This document shows, one piece after another, positions 42,098 to 51,784 of a stretch of DNA of 62,453 nucleotides (positions are counted from its first letter, which is position 1; each line of letters begins with the position of its first letter). The stretch lies in the IMG/VR virus record IMGVR_UViG_3300043436_001486, positions 1 to 62,453 of that record; one strand, written 5' to 3'. Source of the DNA: a virus (Duplodnaviria > Caudoviricetes). A program made the position numbers and the translations under genes. Under the pieces are notes generated by a model that was given only the letters and a program-made list of their open reading frames with translations, searched no databases and had not been told where the DNA came from.

Positions 42098-42170
42098 ATT
42101 GCAAATATACAAACTCCTAGTTAACTAAAGAATTATTTCTTATTTAATTAAATATTTTTAGCTTTGTTAA

Positions 42171-42225
42171 GCATGACGTGTTTAGTGTTTAATTGTTTAA
42201 GGCTGGGTTTCTACCCGGCCTTTTT
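42171..42225 (+). ncRNA. Stand-alone small RNA candidate (element 2)
   Basis: TAGCTTTG -7 box at 42159-42166, then about 30-nt antisense segment, ggctggg-tttcta-cccggcc and T5. Confidence 0.6.
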
Positions 42226-42236
42226 ATATTAAAGTT

Positions 42237-42265
42237 TGGCACGTTGTTTGCAATAAGTATATTTG
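42237..42265 (+). promoter_or_regulatory. Sigma54-consensus site adjacent to a TATATTTG box
   Basis: TGGCAC-gttgt-TTGCA at 42237-42252; TATATTTG at 42258-42265. Confidence 0.45.
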
Positions 42266-42295
42266 TAACAAGTTATTTAACTAAAAACAATAATT

Positions 42296-43219
42296 ATGTC
42301 GAAAGCAACATCCGAGTTGGCAAGTACACCAACTCAAGGGACGCAGCCTTCTTTAAGTTTTAAGAAAGCTACTACCAAAAAAGCAAAGAAGAAACCAGAC
42401 ATGTACGTATTTAGGCTGGTTTACGAACATCCAAAGATGTATGAGGGTTCTAGCATTTTTCCTCCAAGGTTTACTGTAACTAATCAAGACAATGTTTTGT
42501 TTAATTACGGTACAGAAGATGAGCCAGATTTTAGGCCAAGGCAAATTAGGTACTTGGATGGATTCCCTACAATCTTTGTAGACGAGCAAGAAGAAAAAAG
42601 TAACATTACTGATTCTGTTACGGGAAATCCAAAGAATGTCATCAGCTTTGACAACGGGCACTTAACCGTACCAGCATGGAATAAGCCTTTGTATGACTTT
42701 CTTATGGCATCTAACCAATGCGAGCAGAATAAAAATAAACTAAAGCAAGTTAAAAATACATTTAGGCTGCTTGATTTTGCTAACTCTGACGTTGACGTTG
42801 TAGAGATTGGCAAGAGAAAAGACTTAGCTTATGACATGGCCCGTAACGCCTCACTTGATGAGATGATTCCACACGCAAAATTCCTAGGTATTTCATTCGT
42901 TCACGCATCAACTGGAGAAGAGAGAGATTGGGATGCGGTACGTGAAGATTATAAATCAAAAGCGCTTGAAAATCCAGAAAACTTCCTTTTATTTGCAAAC
43001 AACCCAAGAATTAAGACAATCTTCTTGATTGAGAAGGCGCTTGAAAGAGGGGTTATTACGACAAATCTGGTAAAGGGGCAGCTACATTGGTTAAGTTCAA
43101 AGCAGCTGATTACTCCACTAGACACAAGTAAAAATGTAAAAGAAGCTATTGCTGACTTTGCTACAACTGAAGAAGGGGATTCTTTTCTCAGGACACTCAA
43201 AGTTCAGTTAAGTCTGTAA
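42296..43219 (+). CDS. Conserved virion/head-module protein
   Basis: R.IRY.....IFVDEQ..I.F..G.L.V motif; follows MCP. Confidence 0.6.
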   Translation: MSKATSELASTPTQGTQPSLSFKKATTKKAKKKPDMYVFRLVYEHPKMYEGSSIFPPRFTVTNQDNVLFNYGTEDEPDFRPRQIRYLDGFPTIFVDEQEEKSNITDSVTGNPKNVISFDNGHLTVPAWNKPLYDFLMASNQCEQNKNKLKQVKNTFRLLDFANSDVDVVEIGKRKDLAYDMARNASLDEMIPHAKFLGISFVHASTGEERDWDAVREDYKSKALENPENFLLFANNPRIKTIFLIEKALERGVITTNLVKGQLHWLSSKQLITPLDTSKNVKEAIADFATTEEGDSFLRTLKVQLSL

Positions 43220-43274
43220 CGTTCATAAATTTAAGGTTAACGAGGCTGGGTTTCTACCTAGCCTCTTTTTTTTT
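43220..43274 (+). ncRNA. Antisense-plus-hairpin element 3 / terminator
   Basis: gttcataaatttaaggtt then gaggctggg-tttcta-cctagcctc and T9. Confidence 0.6.
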
Positions 43275-43299
43275 CTTATATTTGTATAAATTAGCATGC

Positions 43300-43965
43300 A
43301 TGAATGTCAATGATGTCTATAGTTTAATGCGATTCATTGCAAGAAAGAATCAGCTGACGAGTTTGTCTCCAGCTGAATTTCAGTATGCGTTTAATGCAGG
43401 TAGTAGAAATTATTACGATTTTTTAGTTGGTAGAATAGAGCAATACAGGTACGACAAGCCAACGCCTAGGGTTGGACTTTCAATGACAGACAATGTAGTC
43501 AGCAGGCTTTCTCCTTTCATGGTAAGCGCAACTCCTGCCGTTGCTTCTGGTTCTGTTACTAAGCCAGCAGGATTTAATAAGCTGCTTTCAATGAACACGC
43601 CTACAAACTTTTCAATGAAAAGGTTTGAGCAGAACAGGCTTGCCGAAAGATTGCAGGATTCTATAGACCCCGTAAACGAAGCAAATGCATTTTACGTTGA
43701 AGAGTCAAGCGTATGGAAGGTATACCCTACAACACTCGCTAGTGTTACAATAAAGTACCTTACCTTGCCTACGGACATCGTATGGGCATTTACTCTTGAC
43801 GGAAGCGGAAGGCCTGTGTATAACCCCGTAGGAAGCGTTAATCCGCAATGGTATGACAATGACATTGATGAGGTTGTTGGCAGAGCGCTGAAAATACTTG
43901 GGGTGTCGATTAAAGAAGGAGCATTACTTAATTACGGCCAACAGGTCATACAATCTGGAGAATAA
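43300..43965 (+). CDS. Tail tubular/ring (adaptor) protein
   Basis: L.P.EF..AFN, I.Y...P, A..ILG..IKE; position. Confidence 0.65.
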   Translation: MNVNDVYSLMRFIARKNQLTSLSPAEFQYAFNAGSRNYYDFLVGRIEQYRYDKPTPRVGLSMTDNVVSRLSPFMVSATPAVASGSVTKPAGFNKLLSMNTPTNFSMKRFEQNRLAERLQDSIDPVNEANAFYVEESSVWKVYPTTLASVTIKYLTLPTDIVWAFTLDGSGRPVYNPVGSVNPQWYDNDIDEVVGRALKILGVSIKEGALLNYGQQVIQSGE

Positions 43966-44603
43966 TGGCAAGTACAACAAGGAAGCAGCTTATTGACAGA
44001 ATACTCCGCTATTACTACGACGGGGTTCCAGATGAGGCTGCCACTATTACAGAAAATGAAGTAGACTTATACATAAATGACGCAATAGCTTCAGTTATGA
44101 ATAAGCAGGCTATGGACGCATATAATATTACAGGTATTATGTCCGTTCCAGAAGGCTATGTTACTACTTATACAATCAGCACTCCTTCTCTAAATGACAG
44201 CACAGGATTTTATACGTCTTCAATACCGCATCCTCCAATGGGACTTCCCGGAGATTCTGGTGTTGTTGGTGTATATTTTGGTGGAGGAATGGGGCAGAGC
44301 AAACCAGTCTTGTATGTAGCTCCACATGAAGTGGACTATTTTATGTTCATGCCAAAGCCTCCTCAAGCAGCATTTTACTGGATTGAGGGTTCTACTATTT
44401 ACTTTTGGGCCAGAACAGACTTGACTAGAACTAATGACACTATTTATATAAGGATGGCGACTAACGTTCAAGGGAATAATGCAACTGTTTTAAATATTCC
44501 TCCAGACGCAATTGACTTGGTATTTAGTTCTGTAATCCAGAAGCTGATGCCAAGAAAAGGAATAGTGCAAGATTTGATTAATGACGGAAGCGAAATAGCA
44601 TAA
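43965..44603 (+). CDS. Tail ring protein
   Basis: Position and size; ends D..NDG. Confidence 0.55.
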   Translation: MASTTRKQLIDRILRYYYDGVPDEAATITENEVDLYINDAIASVMNKQAMDAYNITGIMSVPEGYVTTYTISTPSLNDSTGFYTSSIPHPPMGLPGDSGVVGVYFGGGMGQSKPVLYVAPHEVDYFMFMPKPPQAAFYWIEGSTIYFWARTDLTRTNDTIYIRMATNVQGNNATVLNIPPDAIDLVFSSVIQKLMPRKGIVQDLINDGSEIA

Positions 44604-44613
44604 AAAATAAGCA

Positions 44614-45390
44614 ATGCCAATAGAAAATCAAATAGAAAGAGATGTTAAGCTGTCGGATTGCGTAATGATGTACATTGACGAGAGCAAGCAAACCACTAGA
44701 GAATTTAGGAGGTTGTGGGCGTTGGCGTTTCGTGGATTGACTGACATAGGACTTGATGTTTCTTGGACACCTAAGACAACGCTGATTAATGTTAACGCTA
44801 ACCTTACTGCTGACGTACCTACAGACTTTATTGACTGGGTAAAAATTGGCGTATTTAATTCACTTGGAGAAGTTGCTACACTCAGGGTAAACGAGCAGCT
44901 TACAACATATAGAGACATTGTTTCTACAAGGCTAACCGACATTCAATCAGAAGTTGGACAAGATGCAAACTATTTGCAATACCCATATTGGTTAGGTGGA
45001 TGGGACGACAATGGCTACGAGCATTATTTCGGAGCTGGCAGTTCACTTGTTCAAGCAGGAGAGTGCAGGTTTGACAAAGCAAATAACTTGATTGTACTAG
45101 ACCCGCACTTCGCATATACGCAAGTAGTTTTGGAATACATCAGCAGTCCTATTATGGATGACGATTATTCTGTTGACTTGAAATGTCAAGAAGCGCTGAT
45201 TGCATGGCTGAGGTTTAAGGACATTCAAAGCTTGCCTTCTAACAGGATGGTAAACATCAGCGAAAAGCAGTTTAGGCAAAGGGAATACTTCCTTCAAAAG
45301 AAACTAGCAAGGAAGAGGGTTAAGCCGTTTAGGACACAAGTTTCTGAGCAGTATAGTAGAGAATCACAGAGGTTAGCCGTAAAGGGATAA
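44614..45390 (+). CDS. Tail ring protein
   Basis: P.DFIDWVKI, LEYIS, EAL.A motifs; position. Confidence 0.55.
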   Translation: MPIENQIERDVKLSDCVMMYIDESKQTTREFRRLWALAFRGLTDIGLDVSWTPKTTLINVNANLTADVPTDFIDWVKIGVFNSLGEVATLRVNEQLTTYRDIVSTRLTDIQSEVGQDANYLQYPYWLGGWDDNGYEHYFGAGSSLVQAGECRFDKANNLIVLDPHFAYTQVVLEYISSPIMDDDYSVDLKCQEALIAWLRFKDIQSLPSNRMVNISEKQFRQREYFLQKKLARKRVKPFRTQVSEQYSRESQRLAVKG

Positions 45391-45401
45391 AAACATAAAT
45401 A

Positions 45402-48400
45402 ATGCCTGTAACTGAAAAGCAGTTTTCTGGAGTAATGAACTTGGATGACAATAATGACGTATTGCCATCAGCGCATCATAAAGAAGCGAGGAATATTGTA
45501 TTTAGGGGAAACGGCAACACTCAAATTGCACAAAGTATTCCGGGCAATAGGCTGATTGCAAATACTCTTCCGGCAGGAACTAACTCTTGTATAGGACATT
45601 ATTACGACCAGTTAAACAACAGGGTATTTTATTTCAATTATAACTCTAACGGTAATCATGGTATTTACTTTTACAATACCGTGGCTAAGACTGTTTCTAG
45701 GCTATTTGAGTCTGGACTTGACAGCGTAGGCGACATACTTAACTTTACACTTACAGAACCAATTACTTCCATAAATATTATATATGGAGATGCATACAAT
45801 GTTACTCTTGATTCAGAAGGCGATGTTCTTTATTGGGTTGATTCGCTTGGAAGGCCGTCAAAATTAAACATTGGAAGAAAGATTGCTGGCGTTTACAATC
45901 TATATGAGCGTTCTTTTCTTGATGTGGCAAAGGCTCCGCCAACAATGCCGATTAAATGCGCCTATGAAAACGACAACAATGTAACGAGCAATAATCTTAA
46001 GAACGCATTATTTCAGTTTATATACAGGTGGGTTTATGATGACGGAGAAAAGTCTGTATGGAGTACAGGAAGTGAAGTTCCGTTGCCATTGTTTTCTCAA
46101 AGCCAAGACGTTTCTGCTGACCAGAAGAAAAACTCAAGAATAAACTTATATTTTTCTACAGGAGACAGAACGGTAAGAAAAATAGAACTTGCAGTAAGAA
46201 GGGCGACAGATGGAGTTGTTTCCGACTACGCATTAATAACATCCGTCAATAAATCGGAAGTCGGGCTAAATCCAAGCAACACTGTATACAATTATTTATT
46301 CTATAATAATTCATCGTTAACGCCATTAGACGTTGCTGAACAAACCCTACTACAAGATTATGTTCCAAGAGAGGCGAAAGCACAAGAGCTTCTCAATGGA
46401 AACACTCTTATTTATGGCGGAATCAGAGAAGGCTACGATGCAATAATAGACCCTACGTCCGTATTTACTACTAATACATCTTCTGAATTTAATAAAATAA
46501 ACGGATTATTATTCTTTGCTTCTCAGAACGGAGTTTCTTCTTATGGAAACTCTACCGACATACGAATAATCCTTACCGGCGCAGGAGTTAATGATGGCTC
46601 TAATATTCCAACAACTGTAGTTTCTGCTAATGGAGCTACTTTTAGAATTAAGATGATGGATTCAGCTGGAGTTGAATACCCCATTACATACGCTAGCTCT
46701 ACGGACAATATAAATACAATACTTACAGGTATTGCATCTTTAGCATCTGGGCTTGGGTTTACCACAAATATTGTAGGCAATCAACTTGTTATTGGACAAG
46801 CTGGAGCTCAAAACTGGCTACAATCATCATACGCAACTACTACATATTCAGCTACTGCATTTTCTACTACGTTTAAAACAAACGTACTACATGCTCATCT
46901 AAATTCAGCTGATTATAAGTACGGAATAGTTTACTACGATTCTAAAGGAAGAACAAACGGGGTAGTAAAATCAGACGGATTAAAGGTTACTACAGTAAGA
47001 GATGGAGGAGGAAATACAATTCCGTATGTAGACATTACCATTAGCAGCACCCCTCCGGACTGGGCATACTACTACCACATTGTAAGAACAGACAACCTAA
47101 CATATAGTAAAAATCTACAATGGGTTACTAATAGGGCGTTCTATAATCCAGTAATTTTTGCAAATTCACCAACAAATTCCCGTATTGTTTATTTGGGGAT
47201 TTCTAATATGAGCCAATATAACGAGGAGATTCAAGCAACTTCAGGCTATATTGGGTACGATTATGCTCCCGGAGACAGGGTTAAGTTTCTTGAAAAGATT
47301 AGCCTAAACGGAGCTATTAACTCCTATAATACTGGAGTAGAAAAAGATTTTGAAATTATAGGATTAGAGGCAAACCCTAATATTAATGGGTATGTTGCCA
47401 CTGGTAATTATATTAAAATAAAATACCCGTCTTCTTTTGTTGACGCAACATTTGAGTTTTTTAAGCCTACTGACACAGGCGTAGTTATACCTACTGTTTT
47501 GCTTGCCGAAGACTTTCAGAATTATAAAATTCAGATTTACAACACCAAGCAATCAAGTGGGAATGAAACATATTTTGAGGTAGGAGAGCAATATGCAATA
47601 GGAAAGCCTGCTACCGCAAACCGTTACCATGTAGGACAATACCAGTCTCAAAAAACAGCACAAGCGGCTGGAATAAGGCTTGCGTCAGCTGACAACTTCT
47701 TTAGGTACAGAAACGTACCAATAGGCGCAAACTATCAATTCTCGGCAGGGCCTTACACGCAAAACGATGGAGCAGGATTTGCTGCCCAGTTTTCAACAGT
47801 AGTAATAAACGTATGGAACTCGGTAAATACTCCATATACAATAGACGCAACGGCGTATGAAATAAAATCTCAAGTTCTTCCTGCAAGCGCATGTAGCTTG
47901 GCAGCTGCAAACTACCCGAATAACTTAACTCCTGATTACTTATTCTTAAATAAGTCTGCTGCCGCAATGACAGTAAGAGTAAAGGGAGTACTGAAGGCTA
48001 GCACGATTACTGCAAAAAATCAGTATGTAGTACTTCATGCTAAAGTTGTTGACGCAGGTGGCGCTATAGTAACTACAGTTATTCCACGTGGAACAATCAG
48101 CACAACAAATGAGGAATATGAATTTCCTTTTGATGCTAAAATACAAGTAGGAATTAACTCTAAATTATTTTTAATTACAGAGTGTTCTCCTGCTGCATCA
48201 AATTCATTACTCGTTGGCGCCTTTAATATAGAAGTTAGTGTTTTACGAAATGCGGAAATAAAGACAATTGAACCTAGTTTCAGCGATGTAATTAAGCTTG
48301 AGTTGAATAACGACTCAAGGCCTCTCATATATGACGAAAATTCAAAAAATGCATTCTACCCAACACTTGTTAGGTATAGTCTTCCAAGGAATGTCGGAAC

Positions 48401-49412
48401 GCTGACTAACCAAACGAATAGGTTTTTCCCTGCAAATATGGACGAATATGACAGGCAGAAGGGCACTATTCAGCGGTTTAAAATAAGAGGAAGCCAATTA
48501 AGGGTGTTCCAAAACAGAGGCGTTGGGGTTGCAGGGGTATTAGAGAATATGATTTTTAACGCTGATGGTGGAGAGAATCTAATCCAGACTAATAAGATTC
48601 TTAACCAAATTCATTACTACCAAGGAGATTATGGTATTGGAACATTGCAAACTTCACTCGTTTCTTCTTCTAATGCAGAGTATTTTGTAGACCCTGTTAG
48701 GGGCTACCAAGTTAGGTTGTCGCAAGACGGATTTACTCCTATTTCAGAACTATACAAAGCCCAGTATTATATTACAGATTTAGCTAATAAGTATACAACA
48801 AACAAGAATGGTACACTTGGCGGTTATGCTAAAGTTCTTGGAACGTATAACTTCTTTGAAGAGGAATACGTTTCTGTGTTCCAAGGGTATACTGGGCAAC
48901 CAAATACTACGATGGCATTTAACGAGTATAGAAACTGCTATACATCGTTTTATGACTATGCTCCAGAGGCTATAACATCTGTAGAAGGAAGTACTATTAC
49001 TTTTAAAAACGGAGGATTGTACCTTCACGACAATACAGCAAACTATACCACATTTTACGGAGTCCAAAGCGCTACATCTATTACATTTGTATTCAATGAG
49101 CAGGGCTTGATGAAGAAAGATTTTAATTCAATTACCCTTGATTCAGTTCCTGCTGCATGGACATCAGCATCTACTAATGACATTCAAACATCTCTTGGAC
49201 AGAACAGCAATCTTGTTACTTCCGACTATGAATTGAATGAAGGTTTTTACCACGCTGGATTTATGAGAGACAATAATAGCATCGGAGGATTAATTAACGG
49301 GGATTACCTTAAGGGAGCGTGGATGCAGATTAAACTAAGTAACACAAGTAACAATTTAGTATATTTGTCTGGATTATATGTAAATTATACTCCGAGTCAA
49401 AGGAACTTTTAA
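45402..49412 (+). CDS. Tail nozzle/stabilisation protein (P22 gp10-like)
   Basis: G.MN.DD, P..AKAQE..GN.LIYG, YKYGIVYYD..GR, DYGI, RLS.DG.TPIS, TSFYDY.PE, G..LKG. Confidence 0.75.
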   Translation: MPVTEKQFSGVMNLDDNNDVLPSAHHKEARNIVFRGNGNTQIAQSIPGNRLIANTLPAGTNSCIGHYYDQLNNRVFYFNYNSNGNHGIYFYNTVAKTVSRLFESGLDSVGDILNFTLTEPITSINIIYGDAYNVTLDSEGDVLYWVDSLGRPSKLNIGRKIAGVYNLYERSFLDVAKAPPTMPIKCAYENDNNVTSNNLKNALFQFIYRWVYDDGEKSVWSTGSEVPLPLFSQSQDVSADQKKNSRINLYFSTGDRTVRKIELAVRRATDGVVSDYALITSVNKSEVGLNPSNTVYNYLFYNNSSLTPLDVAEQTLLQDYVPREAKAQELLNGNTLIYGGIREGYDAIIDPTSVFTTNTSSEFNKINGLLFFASQNGVSSYGNSTDIRIILTGAGVNDGSNIPTTVVSANGATFRIKMMDSAGVEYPITYASSTDNINTILTGIASLASGLGFTTNIVGNQLVIGQAGAQNWLQSSYATTTYSATAFSTTFKTNVLHAHLNSADYKYGIVYYDSKGRTNGVVKSDGLKVTTVRDGGGNTIPYVDITISSTPPDWAYYYHIVRTDNLTYSKNLQWVTNRAFYNPVIFANSPTNSRIVYLGISNMSQYNEEIQATSGYIGYDYAPGDRVKFLEKISLNGAINSYNTGVEKDFEIIGLEANPNINGYVATGNYIKIKYPSSFVDATFEFFKPTDTGVVIPTVLLAEDFQNYKIQIYNTKQSSGNETYFEVGEQYAIGKPATANRYHVGQYQSQKTAQAAGIRLASADNFFRYRNVPIGANYQFSAGPYTQNDGAGFAAQFSTVVINVWNSVNTPYTIDATAYEIKSQVLPASACSLAAANYPNNLTPDYLFLNKSAAAMTVRVKGVLKASTITAKNQYVVLHAKVVDAGGAIVTTVIPRGTISTTNEEYEFPFDAKIQVGINSKLFLITECSPAASNSLLVGAFNIEVSVLRNAEIKTIEPSFSDVIKLELNNDSRPLIYDENSKNAFYPTLVRYSLPRNVGTLTNQTNRFFPANMDEYDRQKGTIQRFKIRGSQLRVFQNRGVGVAGVLENMIFNADGGENLIQTNKILNQIHYYQGDYGIGTLQTSLVSSSNAEYFVDPVRGYQVRLSQDGFTPISELYKAQYYITDLANKYTTNKNGTLGGYAKVLGTYNFFEEEYVSVFQGYTGQPNTTMAFNEYRNCYTSFYDYAPEAITSVEGSTITFKNGGLYLHDNTANYTTFYGVQSATSITFVFNEQGLMKKDFNSITLDSVPAAWTSASTNDIQTSLGQNSNLVTSDYELNEGFYHAGFMRDNNSIGGLINGDYLKGAWMQIKLSNTSNNLVYLSGLYVNYTPSQRNF

Positions 49413-49422
49413 ATAGTATATT

Positions 49423-50118
49423 ATGATAGGGGAAATATTAGGGGCAGCACAAAAATCAATTGGTACTGCAATCGGATTAGGGCAAGCTGTTAGCGGAATG
49501 ATTGGGCAAAGGAAGGCAAAGAAAGAGTTCCTTCAGTCATTTGACAAGCAGCGTACATATAAAGCAGACCCAGAAGTTCAAAAAATGCTTGAAATGCGTA
49601 GAGGCAGACTTGGAATGGGGCTAGGTTCAGCGTCTAAGCAAATGGCTGAACAAGGAATTGCTTCTTCAGCAGCACAAGCAACATCAGCAGCCCAGCAAAT
49701 GGGAAGAGGTGCTGGGCTTTCCGCAATTGGCGCAATTCAAAAACAATCTCAAAGAGGAGCTACTCAATTGGCCGCAATGGACGAACAGGCAAGAGAACAA
49801 AACCTTGCAGGATTTGAAAGAGCAGCAGGAGCAGCAAGTTCTGAAAGAGCAAGGCAATTTGCTTCTGAATCAGAAAAAGAGCAAGCTAGGACAGCCATTA
49901 AAGGGGAACAACTTGCTGCAAAAAGAGCAGCAGTTTCTCAAGGATTAAGCGGAGCTATTGGAAGCGCTACTGGAGTTGCAATGAGCGGAGATGATTCTAC
50001 ATTCTCTCCAAACGCTAAGAGACTTGCAAAAAGAGCGACTAGAAAAGTAACAAGGATGGGAAGGCCTGCAATGTCTGGAGACGTCAGCGCTGCGGAGGCT
50101 GGAATGTTTCCGGGATAA
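49423..50118 (+). CDS. Ejection/cargo protein (Ala/Gly/Gln-rich)
   Basis: Composition and position after nozzle. Confidence 0.6.
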   Translation: MIGEILGAAQKSIGTAIGLGQAVSGMIGQRKAKKEFLQSFDKQRTYKADPEVQKMLEMRRGRLGMGLGSASKQMAEQGIASSAAQATSAAQQMGRGAGLSAIGAIQKQSQRGATQLAAMDEQAREQNLAGFERAAGAASSERARQFASESEKEQARTAIKGEQLAAKRAAVSQGLSGAIGSATGVAMSGDDSTFSPNAKRLAKRATRKVTRMGRPAMSGDVSAAEAGMFPG

Positions 50119-50134
50119 AATGTAAATAATAAAT

Positions 50135-51781
50135 ATGGCACAAGCTATTTCAGAAAGACTTCTTCAGCGGGCACTAGGGCCCATAGATTTGTCATACGCT
50201 TATCAGAAAATAGACGCAGTTTCTAGGCAGTTAGCTGCTGAAGATAGGCTAAGGAAGCAAGAAGCAGCCAAGCAGTATTATACTGAGATGGCTACTATGA
50301 ATAAGGATAGGGTTGGAATTAGGGCAATTGACACTCCAGAGATTTCTAAACAATATAGCGAATGGTCTAATTTGGGCAAAAAACTATCAAGCAACCCAAG
50401 ATTAATTACAAAAAACCCAGAAGAATACGGAAGACTAAAGTCAGAGCAAGACGCATTAGAAAGTAAGTTGCTGACAAATATAAGAGCAAGCAAAGAGTTG
50501 GGGAAGCAAGAGGTGAAGGACTTGGAGGACATGCTTAATCCAAAAAATATAGACTACTACGAGCCCGGTGCTGCTACGTTGTATAGGCAAGATGTTATTA
50601 ATCAGCCAATTTCAGCAATTATAGCAAGCGGCTCAAATGACAAGGCAAGGTATTTTGCTAAAGCAATCAATGGAGACGAATTTTATAAGGCATCGCAACA
50701 AGCAATTCCATCTGAAGGAGTTCAAAAAAACTATAAAATAGCAGACCCTACTTTTAAGGATGCATTTGGAAGAACAAGGCAGATTGAGTACGGAGACATG
50801 CCGCTTGAGGCAAAGATTAAAAATGTGCTTACTGACAGGCTTTACTTGCTAAAAGGCAGGGTGGGAACTTTTGCAAACCAAGAGTTAGACAAGGCAATAG
50901 CATCTAAGGACTTTGACAATGTGGTTGCGAGATATAATAGTTTTTACGACCCTGCAAATAAAGATGGTTATATTAAATACGGAATACCCGGAACCCCAGC
51001 TCTAAAATTTGACAACACAGTTCCTAAAACAGAGTTGTTTGTAAACTATTTGACAGCTAGGGAAGTTATGAATAGGCTTCCATTGGGAGTTGTGACACAG
51101 GCAAAGTTTGGAGACAAAGAAGGTATTGATTACAGAAACAGGCTTGCAGAGAGTAGGGCGCTTACAGCTTTTAATAGAGGTCAAGCGGTGAAGGAGAATA
51201 CAAACATATATTCACCGCAGCAGGAAATAGAGGCAATAGCAGCAGCTGAATTAGGGCCACAAACAAGACAAGCGGCAATAGACTTTACAGAAAAGTACAA
51301 TACGATGTTTAGCGGTGAGAAGATTTTCCCATTTGTAGCAGCAGAAGCATCTACGCTTGTAGGAACTCCATACGAAACATCGCTTGACTTAGTAAGGTCA
51401 GCTTTTGAAAAAAAGAATAAATTGATTATTGTTGCAGGAGACAACAGCGTAACCGCAAACAGAAAGAAAGAAGAGCTTGCAAGGTTAATAAATATAAAAA
51501 ATAAAGAGTACGGAGTACCACCGGTAACAGGAAAAGACTTGACGGATGGCAAAGTGTTCGTAAAGCAAATACCCGTAGCAGGAGGAGAGCCTACTGTAAT
51601 TGTTTATCCAATCAGAGATAAACAAGCTGTAGCAGAACTTAGCAACGGGGTAATACTTTCTCAAATGACTCCAGAGCAAAAGAGGCAGTATGTACAAACT
51701 GGATTTAGCGGAGGGCAAACTCAAGCAAAACCAAAAACAGTTCAGCAAACAGCAGGAAAGAAAAATATTAAAGGATTTTAA
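50135..51781 (+). CDS. Ejection/cargo protein
   Basis: Helical, Cys-free, position. Confidence 0.55.
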   Translation: MAQAISERLLQRALGPIDLSYAYQKIDAVSRQLAAEDRLRKQEAAKQYYTEMATMNKDRVGIRAIDTPEISKQYSEWSNLGKKLSSNPRLITKNPEEYGRLKSEQDALESKLLTNIRASKELGKQEVKDLEDMLNPKNIDYYEPGAATLYRQDVINQPISAIIASGSNDKARYFAKAINGDEFYKASQQAIPSEGVQKNYKIADPTFKDAFGRTRQIEYGDMPLEAKIKNVLTDRLYLLKGRVGTFANQELDKAIASKDFDNVVARYNSFYDPANKDGYIKYGIPGTPALKFDNTVPKTELFVNYLTAREVMNRLPLGVVTQAKFGDKEGIDYRNRLAESRALTAFNRGQAVKENTNIYSPQQEIEAIAAAELGPQTRQAAIDFTEKYNTMFSGEKIFPFVAAEASTLVGTPYETSLDLVRSAFEKKNKLIIVAGDNSVTANRKKEELARLINIKNKEYGVPPVTGKDLTDGKVFVKQIPVAGGEPTVIVYPIRDKQAVAELSNGVILSQMTPEQKRQYVQTGFSGGQTQAKPKTVQQTAGKKNIKGF

Positions 51782-51784
51782 AGA

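Noticed and set aside
38397-43240. The CAT-containing elements as starts of minus-strand genes
   Set aside because: Resulting ORFs are 8-9 codons or antisense to the portal, and the U-tracts orient the hairpins on the + strand.
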